This document shows positions 1 through 14,200 of a stretch of DNA of 64,000 nt, piece after piece. The notes under the pieces were generated by a model that made no database searches, was not told the origin of the DNA, and saw only the letters and a list, made by a program, of their open reading frames with translations. The first letter of the stretch is position 1. Every line of letters begins with the position of its first letter. The stretch comes from Catajapyx aquilonaris (Eukaryota): assembly GCA_000934665.2 (NCBI GenBank), contig KZ538075.1:62001-126000 (forward strand). The letters run 5' to 3'. Position numbers and translations under genes: made by a program.

Positions 1-1129
1 AGTTATTTTAATACTTACCGTCTTATTACACTTCTTAGATTAGGTGCGTTGTGATATGACCACCATCGCAGAGTCTTAGGGTCCATCACAGACCTGGGAA
101 GACTGGTAATGTTGAAATAAAACCCAGCCCTAAACTCTTCAGAAGGGGAGCGCCTCGTAAAAGGGGAAATTCAAATAGAAGGATAAGGAGCGTTTCGCCA
201 AATAAGAAAGTGCAAATGGATTAAACGTCTATTCTGTGCGACTCAATCTTTTTTACCCCCCGTCTCTCTCCCCTTCCCGCAGCCCCAATTTCCTCATCCA
301 GACCGACACACAATGTCTATCACGGAGGAAGGGAGTTATGTGTCTCTCTTTTACTTCCTCTGGCCTAATTTGGAATCGTGGGATCCCCCAAAAATCTGTC
401 TTTCCCTCCGCAAATCAATACCCGCGCAACTTGCAATTATATCACTGCTGTTGTATCTACGTACATTTTTTCATCCCCCTTCCTCCCCCCCATTCCCTTT
501 TTTTACCATACAAGGGAGGACCAACATACATCAAGTGGACACATTTTGGCTTCGGAAAAGCAAGGCGCGAAGAGGCGACAAAAAGGGGGGTTCACGATAT
601 AGGGAGCGGCCGGCTGATTTATCGCAAGTAATTGCCATAATGAACGCAATGCCGAAAGGGGAGAGAAAAGCCAACGCCGAATTAGAGGATGGTTGCATGT
701 GCGTACCAGACAAAGAGTGTGTCAGCATGCCACTGCCTGCAATGTAACTTATTTCCCTGGGAGGGATGGTGGTGCAGCAGGAATCTCAAGAGAGCAAGGG
801 TGTTACACGCCTTGTTTATGGACGCTTGTCAATTCGGCTGACTGCATGTTGTGACACACCCGCGACGTGTATTGGGTGTAACTTTGTATTATGCGTGCGT
901 TTAGAGCTCTTAATTATGCATCTCGAGTGACGCCACTGCGTTACTATAGTAGAGGGTAGGGTATATAGTACGCAGCTTCTGGCAGGGTGGGTCAAACATC
1001 CATCTCGCGGTGGCCTCATTCTTGGCCCCACTGATATTTATGACCCGGTCGTGGATTTTTAGGAGGACGTAGGCCTTTAGCCAGGGGGCCATAACGTGAC
1101 AACTGGGAGATCTCAACCGTGCTTCAGGA

Positions 1130-1520
1130 AATGCCGAGCTTTTCATCGTGTATCGAGATGTGCGGACTGTTAGGCCTTAGGAGCGTGACTCTCATATTTT
1201 CGGGAGGAGGAAAAATGTGCATATTTTTGGTCGGTTTTCCCCAGGCTTATCTGTCTAGGGCGTTCCAGGAGACCCACCTTGAGGTCATCAGCAGCATCAT
1301 CAGCGAGACTTTACTAATATTCTTGGGTAACGATGTTGTGCTTCCTGGAGCTACGCCAGGCTGGCTAAAAGTCATTGCGTTTGGATAGGTGTGGTTGTGT
1401 GTCCTTCTTCAACTCAGGGTTTTCCTTTTGTGCCGGATAGAGGTTAGGAGGACGTTGAATTGTTTGCAAGAAAAAGGAAGTATTAATACTACGGCAGTTT
1501 CGCGTCGAGTACCAATTAAG
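1130..1520 (+). mobile_element. Decayed PIF/Harbinger transposase relic (N-terminal half)
   Basis: ORF 1119-1388 reads FLVGFPQAYLSRAFQ...VISSIISETL...LPGATPGWLKVIAF, which resembles the Harbinger consensus FLATG.SY..L...F...TIS.II.ET...P.T..W..IA..F. It is followed by KGSINTTAV. Motifs were matched by eye only. Confidence 0.33.
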
Positions 1521-4500
1521 TATGAGCCGAGGTCCCCTCTTTTTTTTGTACGAACTGTACAGTTTTGTATAGTCACGCAAACGCTAAACCATTTGTCAAA
1601 CCGCTTATTTTTAAGGCACCCCGTTACAATACTAGGGGTATGTTATTAATAAAATAAATAATAAGGCTGGCTGGCCAATTTCACACGATTGATCAGAAGT
1701 GTCAATCAAGAAACCAAACTTCTTACCAGAAAAGAGTGGTGACATTTTCGTGAGCTTTCTTAGTAGCCGCTTATCGATCTGGCTTCCCGAATGATTAGTT
1801 TCTCTAGATATTTTGGCAGGCGGAACTTTGGATGGGGGTAGAGAAAGAGAGAGAGAGAGACTGGTGGAGAAGGGGGGAGGGGAGGGGGTTAAAACCGACA
1901 AGTGAATCAGGCACGCGTAGCTAACCAACTTTGTCCCAGCAGTCCTGAGCGGTCATTTGGCAACTTCTAAGTCTCCGTGCGGTTGCATAATGGCTTCCTG
2001 ACTCGAGGGTCAGGTCCGTTGAGGTTTCTCTGGACACTTACAACCCGCCGACTATGGACTTGTTAGAGAAACGGCCAACTCGGATCCCCAGCTCTTTGAA
2101 ATGCCAACTGGCAACAAAGTTGAGTCCACCACTAGTTTCAAATTGTTTCATATAAGAAATGCCTAAACTGCTAGCTCGCTATTTCATCCCTGCCATATTT
2201 AAACTAGATTCACAACTAGGTGTGCAAATTATAATTTTTCTGCCAAAAAATGCATTCCGTGATGGGAGGCGTGGGTGCGAAACAACAACATATAAGCTTA
2301 CAGGTGGGGGTAGGAGGGGAGAAAAAAAAATCTCATTCCACATCTCGGCTGGCGATCAAAAGGTAGAGTCACGAAACGGTCTCAGGTGGTGTAATTGCAG
2401 CATGCTTTTTGCCTGGTTAAAGGGCGAGATAGCTGACACCCGGATTAAATCGTTATGATAGGCGCGGCCCTACTTTTCCGCCCGAGATTTATTTGCTCGT
2501 GCATGAAAAGCCATGCTTGGAATGGGCTAGAGAATGGCGTGAAAGTGACGACTGGCTCATTAACGCCTCGACTCATATTCGCAAAGGACCTTTTGGCGAC
2601 TTTGGCGGACTTGTCAAACTTGGGTTTTGACTGGCCCTTTTCCTGGGTTCAAGCGTTTTCAAGAGGCCTGTAGTGGTGCACTTGAAGCATTGCCAGACGC
2701 TGGACCATCACCTGCCATGGGGAATCATCGGGATGTAAATATGAGTAGAACTGCAGAGTGGAAGTCACTCGAGTTTTGTTTTTTGGGGAGAAATTGTCGC
2801 ATATACAGGTGACTTTTAAAAATTCGTCAACCCGAGTCAGTTCCGAAAAGGAGTTCTATTATATTTAATCGCGGTACTTTTCAGCCCGATTTACCATAAA
2901 AATGCTTTCTAGTAGGTTGTACTATTCACTTCTGTCTCTTTTCATAAAGTCGAGAGGCAATGGTTATGTACCATCGGCACGATTTTATCGCGGTCACTTT
3001 CTCATTAAGAAATGTATACGTGAAAGTGTCCGCGAAAATCTGTGCCTATGGGTACTATTGGCCAAATACTATTATTTCCAAGTACTTTTTTGCATCATGT
3101 GCCTCGCAGCCTCTATATCACAACGGCGATTTTGTCATGTCGAAGTGAAAATTATTAACGCCATGCAGCCGCCATCCGCAATAATATTTGGCCTGCGGTA
3201 TACATCCAGGCTTTAAGGCTTCAGGAAGAATCTATAGAGTCCTTCTGGGGTCCTTCCCCCATTGTATCAAAAATTACCATAGACACACACGTCTAAAAAT
3301 TTATAGTAAACTTCCAAAAATATCATATAGGCCGACTCATACAGCGCTCAACTTTACAAACAGTTTTAAGGACCATTTCATCAAACACTGTTCACTATTC
3401 TCATCTTCTTGATCCCATACGTGAGACCTGAACATCACCTGAGTTGATCCAGACAATGCTATAGCCCATCCACTTGCCCTTTGGCCAAAGACATTTCCCC
3501 CTGCAGTGGATATATAACTTCATTCGGCCAAATTATGCCAGCCGATTTCGTGTCGCACGGAGAATTACAGCAGTTATCAAATTGTTTCTTCCCCCCCCCC
3601 CTCTCCCCTCCCCCCATCTGTGCCAGCCAGCATCCGGATTTTTTTTAAATATCACCCACCCTACCCACCGAGAACGTCGACCACAAACTTTTTCCAGTTT
3701 GGAAGAGAGAGGATGGGGCGGGTCCTCATTTTGGACTAGGGAACGTAATGAGGAAACATGACCTTCCGGCCGAACGCGAACTGGTCAGTTTATTACGGCC
3801 TCAGTCGCCCCTGGTAACGACCCTGGACTCAGGAGGATGCTACGTATCCTCAGGCAACCAATCGAGTTGAAAATTGTATTTTTTAAAGAGCAGACAGCAG
3901 CAGCAGGCAACATGGTTTGACCCTTTTTCCGTTGACACCACTGCTATTTTCAGTAGACGGAAGTCGTTTCCTGGCCAATTAGGCATGTCCCCACGGTGGT
4001 CACTCGGAAGACGAAGAGCGAGAATAGTGGGGGAATTAGCAGGAAGGCCGGGGTCATTTTGAACGGTTGTTTGTCATGCTCCATGTTTCCGGTTTCCGAA
4101 ACACCCTCGACTGTGTGGCACAGTGTTGACCAATTTGGACAACTAGGTTGACTCTGGTTGGAAATCGCTCTCGGTGGAAATCACTCGATGATAATTTACT
4201 GCCGGCACTTGGAAAAGCATTTTGGTCGGCAGTTAGTGCCGAATAGCAATGGGGAAGCCGTAAGGAATCTCGGTCCAACAAGCGGGTCGGAAATGAGAGG
4301 AAAACGACTGTGGACACTTGACTGGAGATAGTCAACTCCCCCACCTCCCTCTGGGCTTTTTGCCCACCTCCTCCGGTTTTGTCAGCTGATGGCGGAAGCA
4401 CCCACAGACCTCTAATTTGACTTTGGACGCAGGCGGCGCTTATTGGACGGGGCCTTGCATTGCGGAAGTAGGTTGTCAGAGACTTAATTCGAAAATACTA

Positions 4501-5249
4501 CAGCGGCAGCGACTAAGTGGAAAGGGCTGGGCAGTTTGGAGACCACTTTTTTACCCCAAAAAGAAAATGATGACGGACCTAAAAAAGTGCAAGTGACCGT
4601 TAGAGCATCACTCTCCTTTTTATGCCACAACTAGGATGACAGGTTTTGGTGCATCGTTGCCCACTGTGTACCATTTGCAATTGAATTAAAACAGGTATAC
4701 CAAATTCTGTCAAAATATTTGTTCAATCAGAGTAGTTATTGGTGACTAAGGCGGAAGTGCGACTGGTTACGATTTTTGTCCCGAAATAATACCCAATCGG
4801 GCCAAAAACAAACGGAGGCTAGGTTATGGCGTGGGAAAGGTGCATAACGGTATTTGCAGCAAAAGGAGGGAGTCTTTTTCTCCTGATTGCGACTTTGATG
4901 CTCGTAAATCTCAACTCATGCCGAGGTTAATTGGTGTGAACGTTTGTTCACAGCTGAGTTGCGAATTGCATAGCTAATGGGGTGTCTACCTGGGCACGCC
5001 ACGGTGCCGATTTCACACGTTGCCAGCCAGCATGGCCAGGCTTTGGTGCGGGCTTACGTAGCGGGGCAAAGGCGTGCAAGAGAAGAGCCACAGGGCTTTA
5101 CAACGGGACATGTGTCATGTGTGGCTTCAAGTAGGCATGGGAAACAGCTTGGGGCTTTGTCGTGCACGCGATTTTGGACTAGAGTATTGCTGCTGCCTGA
5201 TGTATATCAAAGTCTTGTAGCTAATTGCTTGGGCTTCTCGTTAGGGTAG

Positions 5250-5580
5250 GTTAGTTACGTGGCTAGTAACGGGCAGATGCTCATTCAGGCTACTGTCAGG
5301 TTATTTTGTCCACTCGGTGTTGTGAGCATCAGTCTTGAAGGTAATAAATTAGCCGTTACTCCCTCGGGCCAGAGTTACATGCGCATTACTGCTCGTGTTA
5401 AGCTGCCGACTGCTGATATTTCAGTGCGCGTCCAACAGGTGGTGTCGCATCTAAGGAAATACAAAGCTGTGGGTCATGGGCCTAACCAGGGTGCCCGCAT
5501 ACTAAAGTGGCACACTAAACACTCTTTCTGACGATCATAACGATTCATTTAACCCAAATTGGCTTTTTTCCCCTCCTGGT
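5250..5580 (-). mobile_element. Possible decayed Harbinger transposase relic (catalytic core)
   Basis: The minus strand gives TRRGKKPI (~NRKG.S), then GHPG*AHD at 5496-5473 (~G.PGSAHD), then LMLTTP...NLT and LNEHL..T (~L.TPY...LT..FN..LS.TR). Several frameshifts are required. Confidence 0.3.
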
Positions 5581-6129
5581 ATTCACGTTAGTGGCTAATA
5601 AAATCTAACCGGAACGAAGAACGTGTATAAACATTGGGTAGGAAAATCCTGAATATATTATTGTTATCCAGGTCTCACCTAGTCCGCAGTATTGTTCATG
5701 CATGTGTCGCAGGGTCACTGAGTGTGCCTGCACACGACTCCAGCACTTGGCAATGCAATACAATACATACGGTATACATTCTGCTGAATTAATTGAGGCG
5801 CCCACGATTTGCAGGTGGCAGTAATTTTAGACCTGTTGCTTGTAAACAGGTAACGTGTTAGATGGTTTTTTTTTCCAGGTCACCCTGCCATCCTTTCAAA
5901 GAGTCTGAAGGGCGACACACGTGGCGGGTGGGCCGTTGGAATATATGGTACACAGGACCTGCATACTGGTTAACTGAATAATAAATAGGGCCAGTGGCAC
6001 CTTGGTCAATATTCGATGGCGGGTTGAGATGAGGTGTGGCGGCGGAAAACCGCAGCCGAACTCGATACACACACACACTCACACACACAGGCTGCTCTTT
6101 GCTGTGGATGTCCGCTCACTCCGCTTACG

Positions 6130-6640
6130 TGCGATGGAACAGAAGCCAATCATTACGGGGTTGCCGGTGTTGTTGCTCTCCAGCGGTTATACATTCATGA
6201 GCCCAAGATTTCCATCATGGTTGGGGGGACGGAATACCCTGAGGGGCACCCCCAGAAACTTTGGCGGTCATCTTAAGCGGCTGATTTGCATTATGGGTAA
6301 ACAGCGGTGCTGAGGCTTGATTTGTCGGCCAAGGAAGAATCGATAATCTTAAACCGTTATACTGGGGCTGACAGTCGATGAATCGATTACAATAGGAAAT
6401 CCGATGACCATTGGTTTATTGGTCAGCACCGTGCGATTTTGGGCTGGAATTTCCGGCCACATGTCAGTGTGCGGCATTTCGGCGGCGAATTTGCAGACCT
6501 CCAATGGTTAATTATGGATGGTAGCAAGGGCACAGGTCACATCGCATGCAACCTCCTTCCCATGGATTTGTTTTCCTAACCCTATAGTCATCTATGTCAA
6601 CATGGCAAAATGTGGCTATCTTTAGTCACTTCCTCGAGAC
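6130..6640 (+). mobile_element. Possible decayed Harbinger transposase relic
   Basis: Motifs appear in order: LLSSGYTFMS...LG.NTL (~YLATG.SF.S...G.ST), LGLTVDESITI (~GAVDG.HI.I), DYNRKS (~Y.NRKG) and AGISGHMSVCGI (~G..G..SD.GI). The reading is frameshifted. Confidence 0.3.
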
Positions 6641-9600
6641 GAGTACAAACCGGAAGTACATACTGCGGTTGACGATTGCGGTGGTATATAGAGGGCGTCG
6701 GCCGACCTTTTTTTTTCTTCTTCTCTTACCGTCCGATTCGGGTCGAACCTTAAAAAGTAGGAGAGGTCACCTTATGTGTGCGCATGCTTAGAAGGTGAAA
6801 AAAAAACCTGTCAGCCAATTTTCGCAGGGATGTTTGCCAGATGAGTCACATGGTGGCAGCGATAGGGGAAGGGCGGCCATGTACATAGGTAATCAGTCGG
6901 CTAAAAGGGGTTTGTTGTTCGGTGCGACTTGCCCTACATGAGTGCCCACATTTCGCGTTCAGATCGATAAGACAAGGTTATCTCTTTTCCAACGGGGCGG
7001 TAATTGTTGCAAAGAATGTGCCCGGTCGTCAGCAAGTACGCCCCAACTCGTGTTACGGTTTGCTGTTTATTGTTGGGGGGTAAGTGAAACCGCGAGCATC
7101 AATTCCAACTTGTGCTCACGGTCAAATATCAGCGCGCGATCGAGTTACGAGCAGCCTTCGCAAAATGAAAGCAGCTATTATTTTGCCATTTTTACGCCGC
7201 TTCCTGCCAGATGAAAGGAGAAAGGGAGGAGACGCCGAGAAGGAGAGAGGAGGGGTTCATTTTCTTGGAAGAAACTTGAGTTAGTATCAGTCCCATTATT
7301 TTGTACCTCCGCGTCTCTCAACTCCTGCCTCCGTTTTCTTAGGTACACTCTAGTAAGAAGTGCGATTCGGACCTATCTTAGGTTCTTTAGGAGACCCCCC
7401 CCAGATTCAAACCTGGATTTTTCTAGGGTTCATACTAAGGTGACTCTTGTAAGTTGAAGCCTCACACTTGTAGAAGTAAAGCAAGTCTCTTGCAGGTTCC
7501 ACTTCCAAGTCGAGACGGTTAGCCATGCATGAGGGTGTACCTGCCTTTCCATAGCTATTGTTAGGGAAATGAAATTGTTGTCTAATAATATGCCGACAGT
7601 AGCTCCGTTCTAATCAAAGTGCGAAAGCGGAAAATCAAAGTCGTCCCCCTCTCCCTCCCTCCCTCCCTTCTCCTTCACCCCCTTTCTTCCACGTGCGGCT
7701 CCATTCACCGTAGCCCAGAGGCATCTTCGACGTCTCCACTTGCTCCCTGTATCGCTCCCCGGCATTATTATTTGAGATGCAAGCACCAGGAACGAGATGG
7801 AGCAACTTAATTAGCAATGCTGAATAAACAAAAGGAATGAAATTATTGCGGTTTAAGTGCAGTCTGGATGGTCGGGGTTGGGGGGTTGGGGGGTGTAGAG
7901 GTGAGGGGGGGAAATACCGAGTCCTCCTTTTGCCTGTCGCTATTGTCTATCCCAAGTCGTGCAATTTGTCCCAGAGGCGGGTGATTTCGGGTAAGAATGT
8001 GGCGCAAGTCATGGGTGTGAGACCACCATTAATAATCTTCAAGTAGGTCGACCAGAAAGGTCGAGAAGGTGACGATGACAGTCATCAGGGGTGTCCAAGC
8101 TGTCCTATCAACTATTTTGCCAACCCTTGTACACTATATACTATATCGAGGGCGGCCCTGCCAGTTACTCATCGTAGAAATGAATTGTTAAAATCGACTG
8201 GGATTGCCACCCCCCAGGCTGGATTGTGGCTCTCTTGTTAGTGGCGTCGTTTACAGGATGCAAAAATTGCAGGCTGGCACTCAACAGCCCAATTTATTCA
8301 TGGGGAGGCCTCGCCCGATCAGCAGCGTATCCGATACAGAACAAAACACGTAGTCCATGTTTATCTTATGGGGCATTTCGTTGGTCAATCGGCCACCATA
8401 AAAATTGCAGCCGTTGGATCAGATGTATGCAGTAAAACCCATCGTGTCGGAAAGCGTTCGTTCATTATTTCTCTCGAGTCCGGGAATGCACCAGCCCAGT
8501 CCCATCATCCACGGGGTTCCTCTTGCCTAATTCATCAGCTTTTCTTCCTGTCCACCGAGGGCGATAATGTTCCGCGTACTGTGCTAACACCGGACCACTC
8601 GTAAGGAAAGGAATTTATGATTTTTACTCCCCTCCCAAGTTGCGCCCACTTGGCAAATATTAGGTTGTGTCACGTGGTCAGCCCAGTAACAATCGGGAGG
8701 GGTGACCCTGTACGTGTGCGCATCACACCCATCAGCATGAAAACTGGTTATGGCAAACACGAGAGCCCTGTGAGTATTGGATGACCTGCTGATGATGTCG
8801 TGCAGGCCTCTTTCCCAAGTCATGCAGTCGAGGAAATTCCCTTTGGGACAGCGCAATTATAAATGGACCGTCGAGCTAGGGACATGGCAGGTGTCAGGAG
8901 GGACCTGGTTGTCCTTTTTTTCCCCCCATCCCCAGTCTCTCTGGGGCTGCAAGTGGTCACGCAGATGGATGGATTGATGGTTGGGCATGGTTGCTCCTCC
9001 TTGTCTGCAATGACTAGCTTTACTTAGCGAAACGCTCACTTTTGTGCAGAGAAATGTTCTGTCATCCATCACAATATACCAACCGTATAATAAAGTCACT
9101 TAAACGATGACGAGAGAGACAGTGTCCATGCATAAACGCGGCTAATTAGCGTGGATGAGGCCCGGCTTTGGTCAGGGAGTCATGCAGGACTAACGACAGC
9201 ATCGACTCTACAATTTTTTTCCCGTCTCTTTCTTTAGAGAGACTGCCCGTTTCCTTGTGAATAGATGGCGCGTAAGGGCTTGACCGGGCCCACAATGGCG
9301 AACCTTCCTACTGAATGCAAATGGGTGGTCAAGGCTTTGGGTTTGCCTCCGATGGTCGTGTCGTGCGAACAATGCAGAATAAAGGGCGTTCGGGAGCGAC
9401 GGATTTACTCACTTTAGTTCGGCTCCTGTGTATTCTAGCTGAGAGAAAACCCCAGGCACTCTCTGAGATTTGCACGACTTGTAGGTGTAAGGAAGTACAC
9501 CCTTTTTTTTCTATCTCTTCTCTTGGGTGGATGCGCAGGAAGACACCTTTTCAGGGAGGTCAGGTCGTGGATGAAGTTTCCAGTTTTGCACCAATTGTCA

Positions 9601-10429
9601 TCAAGAAGAGTTGAGCGGGAAATGTACATGGTCGGGGGATAGAAAGCTGAGGAATTTTTAGAAAACAGGAAGACGCATCAGGGATCACACGCTGGCACAT
9701 TTCCCTCCCACGAGAACCTCTCGCACATCTCCAAAATACGCACGCTTTGCAGGAAATAAGGCTTGCCTTCATGAAAATTGGCCGAAATTTCTCCTTTTGA
9801 AACACCGTCAGCTCCACCCTTGTGCGCAGCATCTGAAGGGGTCGCGAGCAAAGTGCAGCTCCAGGTGGCAATCTGCGTGCTGGCCAAGCGTAATCTCATG
9901 CATGAAAAAATCGGTACGGTGATGCTGTCTTTGATGTCATGGGGCGAGGTCCCTCTTGCAATCCTCCTCTTCCTGTTCTGTCCACCCCTTGCAACTCCGC
10001 CCTAAAGGACGAGGGTCGTCGCACGCCAACAGTCACACTCCTACAATGGCCCCAACCGACGGTTACACAATCCTTTGGACACCCCTGATGAAGAAAAGGC
10101 CAGGGGTGGAGTTCAGACTCGGCAATGAAGGGCAGGGTATCGAGAGACAGGAAGACGTGGGCGAGGGAGGGGGGTCATGACCCCTAGTGGGCATCATAGC
10201 CAATATGTCCATCATCCACGGCCAATTTCTGACGTCAATCACACCACCTGTGTGCATATCAAAAACCGGATAACGTCCAAGCTGACATGTCGAACAAATT
10301 GCGTATTTGAAATAGTCATAGTTGGGTCACCCAGGAAAAGGGGCCAAGTCTCTCTATATCTGGTGTAACCTTCCTGTCCGCGCTGATACAATGTAACCAT
10401 TGACTTCCGCCTCAACTTCCTCTGGGTCA

Positions 10430-11150
10430 CTGCGGGGATTTCTGGTCCAGCTCCGGATGTCTCTTATCAGCTCTAAAAAGAGCCTACTGCTGACCAGCTT
10501 TATAACCAGGAAACCTCTGTGGTATTTTCTTGCTCCGTTTGATTACACCACAACATGTGCATCCCTTTCCTGGGGCGAGTTCTCAAGGAGTAGTGTGGAC
10601 TGTACTGTACAGTATACTAAAGGATTTGCTAACCTGCGTCACTTGGAGAAATATTTTTTTGCGACTAATATGATAACCCACATCCGGAGTAGCCTGTTCT
10701 CACTCCACCCTCGGATATCTCTTAACTTGCACATTAGTGGCGAAACCGGACAGTTTCTTTGCATTGATATAGCGATCAAGGATACTGATATTCCCCCGTC
10801 CTCGTCATCCGTGTGCAACAGGGTGGTTCACAGCCGATTTCAAAGCGGATTTCAGGGTCTTTCCGAACTGGCCTCTCGCGTGTAACAGTATATTTATATC
10901 TATAAAATCATGGAACAAAATATAACCCCGTGTTACGTACAGTCAGCCTCAATATTCTGCCTTACTTGCATCAGTGCTGGGATGGGTTATTTTATGCTTG
11001 ATGACCCCTACTACAATGTATATTGGCTGACATCCATAACAAGTGAACTCTCCTTGCAGTCACCTTCAGGAGAATTCTTTGAATTTGGGTTGTACTGGAG
11101 AGGCCCCTGGTGCATCGGGTCTTCACCCGCTGCTTGATTGCGAGATGTGA
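10430..11150 (+). mobile_element. Decayed PIF/Harbinger transposase relic
   Basis: ORF 10400-10885 holds, in one frame, FLVQLRMSLISS (~F...RMS..SF), LWYFLA..DY...GEFSRSSV (~LWYLAT..Y...FG.SRSSV), KGF....ATNMITHIR (~GAIDGTHIR) and SLNLH..G.FLCID. ORF 10910-11137 adds YFMLDDPY..YWL, and another frame adds RPLVHRVF..LIAR (~R..VERAFG.L..R). Confidence 0.5.
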
Positions 11151-11180
11151 CCTTGTGACTAGATAATAAACGTTTCATAT

Positions 11181-11200
11181 AGAGAGAGAGAGAGAGAGAG
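11181..11200. repeat. (AG)10 microsatellite
   Basis: Perfect AG dinucleotide run read directly from the sequence. Confidence 0.95.
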
Positions 11201-14200
11201 TTGTCCTATATAGCCCTCCCTCATCTGGCGGTCCCAATATAGTGTACTGATTTTCGGAAAAGGTAATGCACCTTTCGAGTACAGTACCTTACGCAGCGAT
11301 GGAATGTGTACAGTGCAGGCTGATCCTCAAATTACCATGTTCACTTTATACAGAGTTCGAAAACAAACATCTGTGAGAATTGTATCAACATATACAGCAC
11401 AATATGTAGCAAATAATATGTGATAGAGGATGGGAGAATTTAAAATGCCAGCTGAAAATCTGACATGATCTGATTTTGTAATCAAAATGTCCGTAACCAA
11501 CATTTGTTTATTACAGTAACGCAACTAATTGATGACTATCAAAATACAAAAAGGGGAGTATGCATTCACATAACAAATACAGTACCGGTAGTCTATGTAT
11601 TATGGATTAATGTTATTTTCAACAGTTATAAATTGATTCGGGAATCTTTTAATATTGCCAAAATTAAAGCTTTTCATTTTATGGATGACACCATGATTTT
11701 ATCGTTGCGTGTAAATTGTAATATTATCAAGTGATAGTTTTGATTAACTTATCCGTTCACACGGCTCTATTAAATTAACTTATCATTTTCGACTCCATAT
11801 TTGGGTTGAACCGTTATTTAGCTCTAGGGACTTGTTAACCATACATTTGGCTGCCAGTGGTGTACGTAATTCAGTTGAGTTGTTTATTTGGTATTAATAC
11901 TTTTAATTATAGAGGATTGTAATAATGCCGCGCCAGTAATGAGCTCTCAAAATTGCATAATTCATGTGCAGTACACCCCGTTCATTGCACGTCGGTTTAC
12001 ACCATGCTCCACATATTTATTGGCAGCCTCTAAAAAGGCACCAGCAAAAAGCTGACTAAGGCCAAACATATCCAGCATGTTCTGAACCCTCCTGTACGCA
12101 TTATTCACATGCCCAGAAGCCCTTTCCTGTTGTGTGAAACGAGTCCATTACAATGCTGCGCAATCCAAACATTTTTTTACCCCCCATCTCCTTTGTTTTA
12201 TCCAAACATCTGGTACGCTATCGCAATCTAGCTTCCTGTTCGGCATGCCTGAATGACCCTCCACTGTACCTTTTCCTAAGGAATCCTTGCGTGATTATTG
12301 CCAAGGTGGAGGCTGAGACCTCCTCGCTATACATATGAGTGCAAGTTTCCCATCCACCTTTAGGGGGGGGGGGGGGGGGGTGATTAATATCACGTCGAGT
12401 GATATACCTGACCTGGACTGAAGGCGGGGCCACGAAGGTGGTAATTAACGAGCTCGTACAAATTTAATCATCTTTGTCGGGTTTAATGAGTGTGTTATAA
12501 GCAGCACGTGAGCGGATTTTTGCCTAAGCAGGCCGTGGGAACGGCGCAACTTTGATTGCTGTCAAACCTGTTGGTTGTGTTTGAGGAAGGGAGGTAAAGA
12601 GGGCGATGGCAGATTTATATGCATCCTAAGGCTCGTGGCCATTGCTCCAGAGCATACTTTGATTTTTGTTTTTTCCAACAGATTTGGCGAAAGGCCCAGT
12701 CTGCTGGTCAAGTTCGACCAGTTAATTCCTTGACAGTACACGGTAGATGTAGACGTCAGATAGTATGTAACCATGATCATGAATTAAATTCTCACCACCT
12801 GTTCCAGTAGTAGGATCGGGTATCAGCCGGTGTCAAATCAATATCTGATCCAAGTGTCCGATATGTAGCCCCCCCTCTATTCATACGAAATAACCGGAAA
12901 TGCGTCACCTGATTTCTTCCTAACCCATCTTGCGCAAGGTGTAGCTGTCGTGTAAGAAGTAAGCAAAAGAAAACCGGTCCTTCCTAAAGCCACATTTTTC
13001 CCGTCGACCTTCACGCATTCATCGTTATTTCATTGTAGCCTTGGAGAAGTTTGAATGAACGTAGATTGCGTCACGGAATTAGCATCAGCTGTTCCGTGGC
13101 TTACACGCGAGGTTTTAAGGGGAGGCGTGGTCCCAAGTATAAACTAGAACTCCATAATGGAATGCCAAGGCACTGAAACTAATGGAGGCCGTGATTTATT
13201 TTAACACTATTCACACGAGCCCCGATCAATGTCTGGCGGCCAAATTGAAGGGTAATGGCGCTCGTGTACGAAAAACCCCCGCGGTAAGGTCACTCTAAGA
13301 TCTTCTTCTCCGATACCATTGTAAATTGCAACAATAGGGATAATTTGAAGCGATTACACTGGAACTGGGATATTGGTAGCCACAATGCGCGGAAGTAATA
13401 TTCAAAAGTCATTAACGTCTAGTCAGGGTGTGAAGCTCAAAAAAAAAAAAACTACTGCCCGACCCAATACTGATACCGGGCTAAAACCGGGGCTGAAAAA
13501 GGCCCAATTGGAGTGGTACAAATCTTGGCTGATTACGCTCTTGATCCAGCCGGAACACCCCCGTCTGCTCAGAGTGTAATTATGCAATCAGCGTTAAAAC
13601 CTCCCTTTTTGCACTTTATCACAGGCTGGTAGCGCAACGAGGAGGACAAATGATTTTTGAACGAGTAGTGGCGTGTAAAAGTCCGGTAAAGCAGTCCCCG
13701 GGAAAGGCTCTTGGGGCGGGTCATGTGCTTGTGTTGTCGTTTCCAGGGCCGACTTCCTGCGGCCCTTGTCGGCCCGTCCCCCCGACAAGCTTTTGGCCAC
13801 ACTGGGCCTTGATGGCTCGGACCGTGTTCCTTCCATCAGGAGGCTGTTTTTGCTAATTCGCACCGCTGTCGCCAATTACGGAAGGGGGACATGGGATAGG
13901 AGGGGGGGGGGGAACTCCAGCCAGGAGCTGCACAACACTACCCGCCCATCTCCCTAACACATGCACGTCCCCAGGTTTAGTGGATTGCTTGTTGTCTTCT
14001 ACCTCTTGGGAGTAAAAGGGCACGACTCGAAAAACAGATGAACCAACCAGTTGTGTACTGCATGGAGAGGGGTATCAAGCACGTAGCAGTCAGGTTAATG
14101 GCTGGGTTTCGTGTGCAAACCTCTCCTATAGAGCCACATATGAATAGTAATGCGCAATTTATTCGGGATTACGATCAACATACCTGGGAGGTATTTGCCT

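Noticed and set aside
9560..9960. Minus-strand LRTRVE...KFRPI resembling a transposase C-terminus
   Set aside because: This is a single loose motif with no convincing upstream motifs.
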